A stretch of 60,005 nt of DNA, counting the filler, from Bipalium vagum (lineage: Eukaryota), in NCBI GenBank assembly GCA_037834085.1. It is 3 parts of 3 records of this genome, joined end to end, with 100 filler letters (N's around TTAATTAATTAA, not from the genome) between each part and the next. Parts side by side here need not be neighbours in the genome. Positions count along the whole stretch, not along the records: positions 1 to 20,534 come from JBBMKC010250800.1; positions 20,635 to 42,102 come from JBBMKC010237019.1; 1 more part is not named here. One strand, written 5' to 3'. Made by a program: the position numbers and the translations under genes. The notes beneath the pieces are model-generated. The model worked only from the letters and a program-made list of their open reading frames with translations, was not told the DNA's origin and searched no databases. The stretch's first letter is position 1, and every line of letters begins with the position of its first letter. Of this stretch, positions 14,323 to 28,326 are shown one piece after another.

Positions 14323-14427
14323 AGGAGTGAGAACTGAATTTATTTACATTCCGATATGAAATGTCAATCTTTACCAAATCAATTCAATCTGGTTATCTAA
14401 TAATTACTGAAATAAATTAAATTAATT
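14323..14427. repeat. About 105-bp dispersed duplication, copy 1 (copy 2 at 17541-17647)
   Basis: aggagtgaga..atttatttacattccgatatgaaa(aa)tgtcaatctttaccaaat.aattcaatctggttatctaat.attactgaaataaattaaattaatt is shared with only a few differences. Confidence 0.9.
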
Positions 14428-14467
14428 TGAATTTATTATTATCATTATTTGGTTACTTTATTATTTA

Positions 14468-14562
14468 TTATTAATATTAATATTAATATTAATATTAATA
14501 TTAATATTAATATTAATATTAATATTATTATTATTATTATTATCATTATTATTATTATTATT
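14468..14562. repeat. Compound (TTAATA)n/(TTA)n microsatellite
   Basis: Directly visible tandem arrays. Confidence 0.9.
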
Positions 14563-14996
14563 GCTAATTTTTTTGTTAATTCATGTGAAGACTAATAATA
14601 AAGGGATTCAGTTAATGAGAATTTTATGTTCATTAATAATTTATTATAATTTACTGAAATAATTTTCTGTAATATTTTGATAATACTTTATATTTTATTG
14701 CATGTGACTACAAAAATACAATAAACCAATGATTTTCAAAATTGAAATTGAGATAAAATTTTATTATTAAATATTTTAAAATCAAATTTTATTTGCCAAA
14801 CTGACAAAGATTTCAGGAAGGATTTTATTTTGAAAAAAATTAAAAATGTCTTCTCTTAAATGTTTTTTCTAAAAACTTAATATACAGAATGAGAAATTAT
14901 TGAAATAAACATCAATTGCAAAACTGAGACAAAATATAAAAATAGCAATAAACAGGAAAAATAAAACGTCCGTTTAACACCTTTCGAATGCACTTA

Positions 14997-17174
14997 CTGG
15001 AAATTCGTTGATATCTTGAAATTGAATTTGAAAGGCTTGGAAAAGAATGCAGACGAAATTATTGTTGATGAATAATAATACCAGACTTTGTCTAGTAAAA
15101 TAATGGAATAATTGAAAATAATGGAACAAATTCATGCCCATTAATTATAAAAAAAAAGTTGAGCATAAAACAAAATATTTTTTTCGTTCACAAAATCTTT
15201 TCTTGTTTAATTTGTTAGTTACTGCGACGGTATCCACAGTTTCAGAATTCAAAAACTAAAAATTTGGTAACATTTTTTTTGAAGAAAATAATTGTATAGT
15301 TTTAATAAGTTTCCTCTTTTTATCCTTTATTTAAACAAATTATTATCAAAAACTTTTATTAAAATTAATTTAATTTTTTAATTTTTTAAAAAAGATTTAA
15401 ATTTATTAAAATTATTAAAAAATACTCTGTTTACATTAAGAATTAAATTTTAATACATTACTTTAAACATTATTTTAAAAATATTTATGATTTATTATTT
15501 AATATTAATTAAAATTTAATCCTTTTTTGAATAAAATTTTTCTAAATAAAAATAAAAATAATAATAATAATAATAAAATAATAATATTAATAATAAACCT
15601 TTTTTTAATTTTCAAAGATATTTTACAGTCACAAATAGGGTATTCATATAAAATATAAAATATTCAAACCAATTACTCCAAAATGGAAATCATTTTAATA
15701 ATTTATCATCAATTATTAATAACATCAATATTTTATTTATTTATTGAACAGCTATATTATTATTATTTACGAAATCGTTTTCAAATACGATATTTTATTG
15801 AGAAATATTAGGATAAAATAAAGGAAATTAAATATTGGAAAATTATCGTGAATAACTTTATTTATCATCACGATTTGTTGAGTGTGAGTGGCTACGGATA
15901 AATTGTTGATAATTAATAAGCAAAAAGAAACAAACGAAATTACTTTCTATGAAATCAGTTTCATTTAGATTGGTAATTTTCGATTTGATGTCCGTTTGAA
16001 CTTCGTCTTCCACCAAACAACTGCACTGGTACCGGCCGAAATATTTATAATCTAATTTCATACAGGCGAATTAGTATAGGCGTAGTAATATTTGGTAATA
16101 TAGTTTAGTGAAAGGTTCACTAATAATTATTAGATTGCATCCACTCACTTCTTGGCATCGACACAACCATCTTGTTGTTCTGATTGCTATCCACTGAGAA
16201 TTCAGTGTTCAACCACATTTTCTCCACTTGACCATGGTTAACAATGACATAGGAGTCTGACGATTGGTCACTGGCAACTCTGATCAGTCTTTTGTTGCTG
16301 CACGGAAATTGTATACCGTCCTTTAAGGAACTTTCCAAACAATTGTCGTGCATGGATTTATCACACGGACTCGATTCACAAGTCAATTTCAATTTTTCTT
16401 GGCTTCCTTTTGATGCTTTGACTTTCAAAGTTGGATAGAAAACTGATTTTTGTAAAGAAAAAATTCAAAAATCAAATCAACCCTACTCTCGTTTTCCAAA
16501 ATTACCTTTTTTCCCAGTAAATGATATTCGTGACACTCCATCGCTAAGAATGATAAATATTCTGGTTGCAAATGTGCTTCGGTTTATCTGACATGTAAAT
16601 GTTGATGCTCTTGAAGTACATTTGGCCATATCGATTTCAAAGGTGACTTGACTCTTGTCACCATTTGATAGTTGAATTTCTAAGAGAAAGCCCTGGTCAA
16701 TTTTTTCTTTCATTGCATTGATTTTTGTAGGAAAATTAGTTTGCAAATTTTAATTAAAGACAAAAATAGATTATTTCAGTTAAAATGTTGAATTTTTATT
16801 ATTAAAAACGAAAGACAATTTCCATCAGAAATTCGACCTTCATTAGATGCACCGCCCACCAATTGGTTAGAAATTCCTATCCCAAAAAATAGTCGAATTC
16901 CTCAGAAAAGCGAAAAAATTGTCCCTCGGTTCAAATTACTATTTAAATGGAAAATAATTCATATCTAAAGGAAATTGTTGTGCAGAAACTTGAAGACAAT
17001 CCAACTGATATTTATATAGATAAAAAAATCAATTTATTATAATTATATTATGATTATGATTTTATTATTATTTATTATTATGTTATTATTATTATTACTA
17101 GTATTAATTTATTCTAATTTTATTTTGAAAGTTATGAGCAAAAATTTCAGCAAAATCAAGACAACAAATCCCAT
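14997..17174 (-). pseudogene. Decayed secreted protein gene with discoidin/F-type-lectin-like and Ig-like segments
   Basis: Signal-peptide-like start MGFVVLILLKFLLITF ends in a stop with no donor. Fragments TNWWAVHL, FTCQ..FATRIFIIL..VSRISFTGKK and DYKYFGRYQCSC are separated by stops and frameshifts. Confidence 0.5.
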
Positions 17175-17540
17175 ATATGTTAAGGATATTAGAAAGTAAT
17201 TAACGCAATTATTAAGAAATGTCTTACAAAAAAATAAATAACGAGCCAACTTGTCATCTGCCAATGGAGACAAGTTAAAAGCTAATGTAACATGTCTAGT
17301 GGAAATCATAATAATATTTATAATAATAGTAATTAATAATAAAATGAAAAATGAAGAAAATATAACAATAATAATTATTATTAAAATTATCACTCACTAA
17401 TATTACATCTATTATTACTCGTTATTATTATTACAAGAAACATTACTGTCGATTTTTTGCAAATATCGTCAATGTCAAATAAATAATTCTCATAAAAACA
17501 ATTAATTGATCCACAAAGCTGGATAAAAAACGTTGGGTGT

Positions 17541-17647
17541 AGGAGTGAGACCTGGATTTATTTACATTCCGATATGAAAAATGTCAATCTTTACCAAATA
17601 AATTCAATCTGGTTATCTAATGATTACTGAAATAAATTAAATTAATT
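17541..17647. repeat. About 105-bp dispersed duplication, copy 2; reads on the minus strand like a terminal exon (ITRLNLFGKD*, then AATAAA)
   Basis: Near-identical to 14323-14427. Confidence 0.85.
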
Positions 17648-18708
17648 ATTAATCAAATTAATCAGAAGAAAAAGAATTAAAGAATCGCTTTTGGGAAATA
17701 AATCCGGTTTATAGCTAATATAATTAAATTATGTACATTGTTTTNNNNNNNNNNNNNNNNNNNNNNNNNNNNNNNNNNNNNNNNNNNNNNNNNNNNNNNN
17801 NNNNNNNNNNNNNNNNNNNNNNNNNNNNNNNNNNNNNNNNNNNNNNNNNNNNNNNNNNNNNNNNNNNNNNNNNNNNNNNNNNNNNNNNNNNNNNNNNNNN
17901 NNNNNNNNNNNNNNNNNNNNNNNNNNNNAATTTTTCTGAAAGACTGTCCAAAAATTGTACAGTAACCGAAGTAATAATGTAATTATTTTCCAAAAAGATT
18001 TTCGTTCCGTTTTTATGAGCAATTGGTTTTGCTTCGGAACTCATTTTGGATTTCGTTAATAGCCAGGACTGGGAATTACAATCGTCTGGTTGTACCAATC
18101 TGTTTTGGGAAATAAATTCTAAATAGACAACACTTTAAAAAAATTTGGTTCAGTGTCAATTACCAGTCAGTTTCATCTTCTCCGAATAAACTTCAATCTC
18201 ATATATTGATTCCCAACTGTTATTGATGCGAAATGACATCATCAGTTTTCGAGACATAATTCCATTTCTTGACGGATCAACCCCTCTACATTTCGGTTGA
18301 CATTCGTATACACTACTCGATTGCGGTTTGATGAAGCAGTTATAAACTAGTCCTCCTTCTCCATTTATAAGATTACCAACAACAAAACTCATTTCAGGTG
18401 ATTTTGATTTTGCTGCAATTTCCAATTAAAACATAAACAAATAAAGGTTAAAAACCCTAACCTATAACAACAATTTTGTCAATGATAAAATTAGATCCCA
18501 AATCGAACTCCATTTCTGCATTTTTGATTCCAGAATAATAAAAAGATCCAACTGTGTTTATATTATTGTCAAACATGCTGGTCAACTCATTTGTTGTAAT
18601 GTCTTTGGTGACGATGTTGTATGATATAATATTCACTTTAACTAATTCACAATATGAAATCTTTCCAATACGAAACAAGCTCAGTAGAATAATAAGATAA
18701 ATTTTCAT
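17590..18708 (-). CDS. Secreted protein with discoidin/F5-8C/F-type-lectin-like domain(s); interrupted by an assembly gap
   Basis: Signal peptide MKIYLIILLSLFRIG. Motifs SMFDNNINT, EFDLGSNFIIDKIVVI, VYECQ..MSRKLMMSF and SIYEIEVYS. Three in-phase exons with short GT-AG introns precede the N gap at 17745-17928. The 3' end is uncertain. Confidence 0.6.
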
Positions 18709-20534
18709 ATTTTTCAGAAATTTTCAAAAAATAACTATTTTCAAATTTTCTTTATTATAAAAAAATGATTAAATATGATCTCTTTAAATATAACTAATTT
18801 TATAATGTTAATTTTGATTCACTTAAACAAAACAATGCTTTGTGAAAATTTTTAAAAAGTAACTAGAAAAAATATTTACAGATTTTTACAATATTTATTG
18901 AACTATTTTGTGTATTACAAAATTTAAATAAATTAATTAATATTTAATAAATAATTTTCTTAGAGAAATTAAAGGTGAACTTGTTTTGTCATAGTTAACA
19001 AAGCAGTATATTGTTCAGAAACCTGGATTTTATTTAAATAATTACGTTAAAACATTTTGATTTGTAAATTATTTAGAAATTAGTTCAATTATCTATTGGA
19101 AATTTTAAATGTGAAAATATTATTGACAATTAGTGATCTATATGACAAAATTAATAAATCTTAATCAATATGACGAAAAATGGATTAATAACGGCTTATT
19201 AATTAATCATTACTCTTCGGTTATTAAACAATTATTAATTTTAACAATTAACAAAAGCAATATTGATTTTTATAAACCTCGTTAAAAATCGACATGTAAA
19301 ATGAAAAAATTATTAGGCTTTTGAAAAAATGATGAAAATAGTTTAAATAAATAATGTTTTTAAAATAAATATATTTTAAATCCATATAAAAAACCTTGTT
19401 AAGAAATTTTATGCTTCTCTCACATGATTAAAATATCTTTAAAATTTAGATTCATTTTACGATTTCACTTCAGCATATACAAAAACCTACAAATTCATCA
19501 AAACTTTACTACTCTTCTTTTTCTATTTCTATTTTTTTCTTCCATAAATATAGTGGTTTTTATTTTTAAATATTATATTTTTCAAAATATTTTGCTAGGT
19601 TTTTTTTACTATGAAACCCTTTAGTAGCACTTAGCTCGTAAATCTATTGCCCTTTCACTTTTTTCAATAACGTTTTCGAAAGTAATTGAAGCAAAACCAT
19701 CACAATAAAACTATATTTCGTTAACACAGAAACACATCACAACAAATAGATCTCAACCGAAAAATACAATCAATAAATGTAACCAAATATAATTAAATCA
19801 ATAAAAATTGAATCAAATATTAAAATAATAATAAAAATTATGCAATATAATATATAAAGAGAGCCGAATTTAGCCAAGTCAAATGTAATCAAAGCAAATT
19901 AAGTCAAATATAAACTTTTTATTTACTTATTTATAAGTAAAGAAATACAAAACAAAGTAAGAATCTCACCGCTTTAAAAGACGATGAACCGGTAGGCTCA
20001 TAAACGCCCTAACAGCGTGGGACCTGTCGCATATAAATAGGCATAAACATAATAAAGTTTTCTTCCTGCCAATATATGTTTCTTCCGACACTAAATATTT
20101 TTAATCAAACAAAATAAAATTCTGATAACTCTTTTTGTGGCAGTCCATTGAGGACTCCAGTGCCTTTCATATTGATCAGACGACTATTCAGTCGTAAACA
20201 GTATTCTTAATTTGGAATGTCAATTCCCTTTTGAGGCACTTAATATCAATTTCCTAATGCGGACCCTGATTTAATCTTGGTAATTTCACATTCGTCATTG
20301 TGTTGAGGTTCGACTCCTATCTTTTAACCTTCTGTAAATACAATTTTTGGTGAAAAATAAAATTTAAATAATATGCAGGCTAATTTAAAATTATGAATTT
20401 TAATTATTAATTATTAATTCAAATTAATTAAATAAATTTTTTAAATAAATTAAAAATATTATTTTGTTGAGGTTCGACTCCAATCTCTTAATTTTTATAA
20501 ATAACTTTTGGCGAAAAATAAGGTTTAGTTAATA

Positions 20535-20634
20535 NNNNNNNNNNNNNNNNNNNNNNNNNNNNNNNNNNNNNNNNNNNNTTAATTAATTAANNNNNNNNNN
20601 NNNNNNNNNNNNNNNNNNNNNNNNNNNNNNNNNN
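20535..20634. other. Artificial scaffold spacer: N44-TTAATTAATTAA-N44
   Basis: A palindromic six-frame stop linker centred in a 100-nt gap; identical construct at 42103-42202. Confidence 0.9.
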
Positions 20635-20879
20635 AAATAAAAGTTTTAAAAATTGTTTGTTTGCCTTGTTTGTGATCAGTACACTACCTTAGGAGTCAGA
20701 TCAAGATAAGTAATACACAACCTCACCCTTTCAAAACTTAACAAATACATTTTTTATATTTGATTTTTAGGATTATTATTTTAGATCCATTCTATTATTT
20801 TTGATGATATGTTTATTATATTCTATCTTAGCAAGGATTAAATTTTTATATTATTATTTTTTACTTCTAATCACTTATA

Positions 20880-21660
20880 TGGTTAGTTTCTTTTTAAATG
20901 GATGAACATGGATAACCTGATCCTTCAAAAATGTATAAATTCACAATTTAATTATGCTTTTTTGCACATTGCACTAATTCAAACTACTATAAACTTTCTC
21001 ATTTTCTTGGCTTTTTCTTAGTTAAGCGTGTTAAAATTACTGTAATTCTTAAAATTTTTAAATTGGCACATTACTTGTTTGTAACAGTTTTCCTTTGATA
21101 ACATGTAAGACAATACGCTATTGGGCAATTTCATCATCCAAACCATAATACCGCCACCTTTGTATTGTCGGCGCTGTCGACAAATATGTTCATTGTTTGA
21201 AACATATGGTCGCCATATCACCCGGGCCATCCAGACTAAATGGTTTTTCATCAGTGAAAGCAGTTTTTCCCATACATTATTTTCACTAACTCAAGTATCT
21301 ACTTTCAACAATCGGTCTTCCTTATGTTTCTTACTTAAATAAATCAGATATTGTACATTTTTATACCTTATTCAAATTCTTTTCATGTGTCTTTGAATTT
21401 CGATAAATAAATATTCAAATCATATTCAATTTTTAATTTATTTGCATTTACCTTATTATTTCTATCTTACAACTTGCCTATTACTCTTTTCATATTCAAC
21501 TTTTCCCGTTTAATTATTGTAAACTTTGGTCCACATTTCTTACAGATATCCTTCTTTACATATCTGAACAAAATAATTAGTTTCTTGTTATTTTTATAAT
21601 TTTCCATATTTGAGCGTAACTTAATCCCAGGCTTGAGTTTTTCCGCCAAACTTTTCATTT
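20880..21660 (-). mobile_element. Degenerate Tc1-like transposase remnant
   Basis: WEKLLSLMK/FTDEK region, DGP, RRQYKGGGIMVW and KCGPKFTI fragments with frameshifts. Confidence 0.7.
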
Positions 21661-22695
21661 AATTGCTAAAATTTAAAAACATATGCTCAAACAAATAATT
21701 ATATAAATTTTAATAAAATATTAGGAAATGCTTAATAATTATTTTTTCAAAAATCATGCTTTGATATAAAATGTAGATTTTAACACAATCTTTATTTATA
21801 TTATTTAAACAATTAATATTTCTAATATAGTGAAAGATATTACTTTGAAGTAATGTACAATACCCTTGAACTTGACATTATACATAAAATTATATAAAAT
21901 GAATGAAAATAATGATGTTGTGTTTGAAAAATTATGGCGATCAGTATATGATAGTGTAGACCAAAGTATAGCATTCTTGAGTTATATTGACTATAGTGGC
22001 CAGCTTAAATGTCACTTGTTTAGTGGGGACACTTTGAATCACTCATTTAAAAATCTACAATCAATATATGGAAACTGGATGTTTAATCGATCTGATAAAA
22101 GTTATCAATGTAAAATATTGAATCAAATATCACAGAATAGAATTTTTCACCACAAATATCTTGAGGTCGAGCATTAAAAATCACAAACTCCAATATCCAA
22201 TGTGTTTTTTTAATAATTCGATCGAAAAACTTAATTTTCAATTATTAACTAAATTTTTAATTTTGTTTCATATTTCAGGATAAATTAGATATTTATTAAT
22301 TTATCAAGTAAAATATTCAGTTTTATTAGATATTTTTTATTAAAATAGTAATTTTACAAACAAAGTAGTTTCGTAGAATTTAATACTTATGAAGCAAAGA
22401 AAATGAATACTTTTAAATTCTTAAAAAAAATTTAGATGTTAACATTAATTAATTATTTTTTCTTAAAGGAAATGCTAAGTAAAATTCATCAATTTTTAGA
22501 CAACTTTGGGTAAAATATAATTTTTTTTGATTTTTTTATAAATTATTAATTTTTGCGAAATTTCAATAAAACTTTTTTTGACAAAAATAATATAATGAAA
22601 TTTATTAACACCAATAATTGTTCATTGTTTTTATTTTTGAAATTTAAGTTTCAATTTCTTATATTTTGTTTATATTTTATTTCTTCATATTGTCA

Positions 22696-25600
22696 ATGGA
22701 TGAAAATCAGTGTTATAATTTTATTACCAAAGCAGTTGAATTTTGTAAAGGCGATGGAGTATTGACGGATATAGTTGATATATTAAAAGATTTAGAAGAA
22801 GTTTAAACTTGTCTTCAATAAAGAAACTGAACTAACAATGTAATTTAGAGATCCAAAACAAATGATATTTCTTCTACCATGTCTGACGCTCTTTGGTTTA
22901 TTGGTAAATATTTATATATTAGTTTACATTTTTATTGATTTACATTTATAGATACTTTGCTCGGAGAAAATTTAACTGAAAAAATTAAGGAAAATTTTAT
23001 AACGATTATTAAATTATGTGAAGTAGAATTTTATCAATTCCAGGTTATAAATCAATGTAATTTAGAAGTCAATTGGCCTGAGTCCTGCATTTTTAAAAGA
23101 TCGCTTAAGTGATGATATACTTGAAAGTTATCGATTGATAAATTCAAAGCAACAATATAATTCCAGATATGTTAAAACTAAAACTCGTGTCTTGTAAGTT
23201 GTTTTCGTTTTATTTAGCCTGTTACTTTATGATTCTGCTTATAATGAACCAAAATAATTAAATTTCATGATATTTGGTTAGTTTTTAATTTATACAGGCT
23301 CCATATTATATAGCGTAGTGCATTCAATTATGAAATTGAGTTTTTCGATTTGTTAAATTATATCGAAATTTTTCCATTTACAGTTACAAGCAAAACAAAT
23401 TTAACTTAATTCGCGAGGCCAATGAAGGATTTTCGAAACTGATTGTCGAACTGGTTGTGTATCATAACGAGCCGGTGCTGGTAGTGGAAAAAATCAAATC
23501 TTTGATCGGCTATTTTGATCTGGATCCAAACCGAGTCATTGATTTGATCTTGGATGTCATGGAATTACGTTTAGACAAATCAGAGCATTTCATTAAATTA
23601 TTGAAACTTATGAATGCCGATCGACAGGATATGGTCGATTTGATTGGTCATAAACTCACTGGGGTCGTGAATGATTCCATTTATCAGCTGATTGTGAATT
23701 TGGTCAAATTCAAAGCTATTGATTTGACAAATTTATACGATCATTTATTGCCTACCGATCATGAAATCAATAAGTGTTATATCAATGATAAGAACGAAGC
23801 TCTGACGAAAAAGTTTGCCAACACTTTTGCTTCTAAATTGAAAGAAGATGGAAGCAGTACGGCGGTAGAAGAAATTGAAGAGATTAAAATCGATGAAATT
23901 GATTATTCCGATAATCAGAAATTGAGGTTGTGCTATTTCTTTCTTGAAGCTGCTGAATGGGACAGTGCAAGGATGATTATGGATTCACTGCCTCCTTATT
24001 TCGCATTTCGTTACAAGCCGATTTGTCAGATAATTTGTAAAATTCTGAACTCCATGATCGAACCACTTTACAATCGGTGTTGTTCTTTACCTACAATTTT
24101 GAAAAGTCGCCGATCTACCAAGCATGTTTCTTACAAAGGTGTATTCTCGGAATTGGTCACCAAGTTTGATGACATGAACAAAATCGTGTTCGAAATAACT
24201 TCATATCTAGGCTCAATGGTGTCCACTGATATGATTTTGTTTTCAAAATTAATCAGAATCACTCAAGCGTTTCTCTACGAATCTAAGATTCGTTCTAAAG
24301 ATTCAGGCATGATCATTGATGAAGTCTATCAAGGTTTTTACAATTTATTGAGAAATTGTTTATTGCCTTCTTTGTCAATGCTCAATGGGAGCATATCATT
24401 AGCTGAGGAATTATGGGATGCTTTGAAATATTTACCCTATGATATTCGGTACAGTCTTTATATTTCTTGGAAAGATATTTCGCTGGATGAACACCCCGGG
24501 CTTATTGAACAGAAAAGAAATGTGCAAAGTCAAGTCAGATACATTCTCAAGCGTTTGAGTAAAGAGAATGTAAAGCAAATTGGACGACATATTGGGAAAT
24601 TGTGTCACTGTAATCCGGGAATTGTGTTTATTGATGTACTCAATACAATTCTAATGTTTAGCAATTTAACAGTTCCTGTTGTCGATACATTCAAATATCT
24701 TGGAAATCTGAGTTTGGACGTGTTAATGTGTGAGTTTTAATGATTTATTTGTTAAACAAATGCCTTGAATATTTCAATATATTTTCAAGATTTTATAATT
24801 TCTCAAGAAATAATATTTTATTTTTTTCTTGATTATCGATTTTCTATTTAATATGAATTTCGAAATTTCATCTGTATAATCTTAACTGATTTGAATTAAA
24901 ATTTAATCTTATAATCTTGAAAATACTATCAAAGTCTTATGGAAATATGAAATAAACTAAGATCGATAATCAATTTTTTAAAATTATCAATATATCAGTT
25001 ATATTAAGGGAAAATTATTTCTTCAGTCTTATATAAATGATATTTTAATTAATAAATAATACATTTACTGTTTAATATATAATTTAAAAAATAAATTCAA
25101 ATAAAAAAATTTGCAATTATAGTTTTGTAGGAAATTTTTAAAAATAAGTTTTTGTAACCTCCATCTTTCAACAAAAAACTTTCGATTTAATTATTTAAGG
25201 ATCCAATGGGTATTGTTGGCTTGAAGTTGTTTTTACTCATTTCTTGACAGTGAGTGGAAAGAATGATTAATTTTTTAATCTAGACCTTTGAAAAACCTTT
25301 CTTTTATATAACTTAATCTTTCGATGAAATAAATTGCTTGAAAATTTAATTTTTATCTATTTCAAATTGTATTTCCTAAGTTTCTTATCATTTAAAATCA
25401 AATCTTTTGACAAAAATTAATTAAATTTTGTATTTTACAAGTAGTTGATTTGTCCTTATAACATAACAAAAATGTTATACCAATTATTCTTGAATTAAAT
25501 AACTAAAAAATATGTTAAAGATGGAAAACACGTGTTATTAGAAAAGATAAGTCAGTAGAATATAATTAAAAATTAATTTTTTGAAATGTAAAGATTAGTA

Positions 25601-28326
25601 TGAAATCACATTACTATTTATAAATTCAACTTTTCGATTTTTTATAAAAATTATCAATATTTCATATGACAATTTTGAATTGTATCTTTTTATTATTGAA
25701 GTTTCAATAATCGAAACCTTGTCCTCTGATCGATCGAAAATGGAAGATTCTCAATTCAGTCAGTGGATGCAAGCCATGTCCTCATTTTGCGGACTTTTAT
25801 GTAAAAGATATCAATTCGATCTGGTAGGATTGTTTCAGTTCATTCTCAACAAAATCAAAGACGGACAATGCGGCGACCTGACCATCGTAAAAGAGATCAT
25901 TCACAAAATGACCGGTATCGAAATATCGGAAGATATCACTGAAGACCAAATGGAAGCCATGTCTGGAGGTGACATATTGCGCCAGGAAGCGGGTTACTTT
26001 ATTCAAATCAGAAATGTGCGAAAGAATTCTACGAGATTGAAAGATATTCTGTTGGAATACAATTTAGCGGTGCCTTATGTGATTATGTTATCCCAGGAAC
26101 GAAATATTATCATTCACAAATCCAACGATAATCATTTGAAACTGACTGGTCGACTATACGATCAGGTAATGATTGAATTTGTGCTCTTATATGGAAATTA
26201 TTTCTGAAATCATTTTTATCTTACCAGTGTCACGATACAATGCTGCAAATGATATCTTTCTTTTCACTCCATTGGTCAGCAAATGAAATGGTTGCCAACT
26301 GTCCTTCGTTATCCGAGCTGTTTATTGATTATAAAATTGATCCCGATGCCGCTTTCTGTTTAAATCGCAGTAATTTCAATTTTAAAGTCCAGGTACATAA
26401 AGATTTTTGTTTTTTTTTCCATCAATTAGTTTTTATTGATCTCGGAAGAATTATTATTTGTTTCTCTAATATTCTTAGGAGAAATTCCGAATATCGAAAG
26501 GCGCAGCACAAGAATCGAATGAGATAGATGAATTGGTATTTTCAATGGTTTGAAGTCGGCAACTATTTTACCAAATGCAAATTTGTCAGGAGATCTTTTC
26601 CAGTATTGCCCAGGAATCAATTGACGATTTTGTGACCGCAGTCGTTCCGAATTTCTCACAGGAAATTTGGGATGATTTTAATTCATCCTTCTACACAACG
26701 TTTTGGTTGTTACAGACCAGCGATCTAATTGTACCGGATGCTGCCTATCGGAAGCAGGATGCCTATCTGAAATCCCAGATTCGTCAAACGGAACTGGATA
26801 GCAGTCTTGTAAACTATTTTTCATTGAAAATTTATCCATTTTTATCCTTTTATAGAGCTCATTCAAAAAACAGAAGGAAATCGATCGATTCAATAGCATT
26901 ATCGACAAATTACGAGAAGAACAAAAGCGTGGAGAAACTCATGTTAAGTTAGTTGATTATTGGCTTAATTCAGTCAAGGGACGGTGGTTTGTACGCAACA
27001 AAAGTGGAACTGCTCGTGCAATCGTTATGACACGGTTCATTGAATTGTGTGTGTTTCCCCGAGTTTGCTTCTCATCGAACGATGCTGTTTTCGTGGCTCA
27101 TTTGATTTACAAGTTGCACAAAATGAAAACTCCCTCGTTTTCAACACTGATTTGTTTAGATAGGGTAAATTGTCGATTTTTTAAAATTCATTTTCATTGG
27201 ATCTTTTTTTAATGTATTTTATTATTTTTTGTTTTTTAAAAATAGATTTTCAATGACATTACTCTCATGATCAGTACGTGTAGTGAGAATGAAGCAAAGC
27301 GATACGGTCGATTTCTAGATGCCATCTTGGTGATTATTATGCGATGGCATTCATCGGAAGATATTTTCAATGAGGACTGTGTTGCACATCCTGGTTTTGT
27401 TACCGTATTTCGAAAGGTAATCGATTGTTCTGCAAAACAAAGTTTTTTCGTGAGTCGTGGTAGTGGTATCTTTAATAAAAGCCGTTATATGGATTTCAGA
27501 ACACCGACGGAAACAACAAGGCCGACCAGTTGACATATGAAAATTATCGACACGTACTACATAAGTGGCATTATCGAGTCACGAAATCCATTGTTGCCTG
27601 CTTGGAATCGGAAAGTTACGTGCAAATTCGAAACTCGTTAATCGTTTTAGAAAAGATTCTTAACAATTATCCACGAGTTTATCAATTTGGCCAGGCCATT
27701 GAGAGGAGAATTGAATTGTTAAAAGAAAAAGAAAAAGATAAGCGACCCGATTTACATGTAAGAAAAGTGGTTTTTCATCCTTCTGGTCTTTACACTATTT
27801 TGTCATTTTCAGATCCTGACACAGAGTTACTATGGACATTTAGTAGCGAAAAAGTCCCAATGGCTTCAAGACAAGGATTTTCATCAGAAAGACGAAACCA
27901 GAAAACCGACAGTGAAACCGGCGAATCCCGTCACACCCGTTGCCAATGGTGATAAAAGTATATTGAATGATAAATATTTGTATTTTTAAAGAGTTTTTGA
28001 TATTCAGATGATACTAATGGTCCAGTCGATGTACAGAGGTAATTCATTTTCTATTTTGTGATTGAAACAGGTGGTGGGAATGTCAATGAATACCAATCGA
28101 TATCTCTTTTTCAGCATGGTTACGAGCATGAAGAAAGACAATCCAGTAATCAAACGAGTCAGTGATGTCGAAGAAAAGGAATATATCGGTTGGTTTATAT
28201 TATTGATTTTTATAAAATTTTTCAAAATTGTCAGATATCAAGAAAAGAAAAATTGATTTGACTCAGAACGAAAATAAGGCCAGAATGATCAAACCATCAT
28301 CCTCGATCAGGAAACATTATACATAA
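22696..28326 (+). CDS. THOC2: THO complex subunit 2
   Basis: Spliced translation contains [89 protein letters not shown] and [28 protein letters not shown], with C-terminal KKRKID. Exons begin 22696-22800, 22849-22903, 22952-23022, 23066-23193 and 23384-24729. Confidence 0.96.

Noticed and set aside
21866-22177. 103-aa ORF upstream of THOC2
   Set aside because: No recognisable motif or splice support, and it lies next to a Tc1 remnant.
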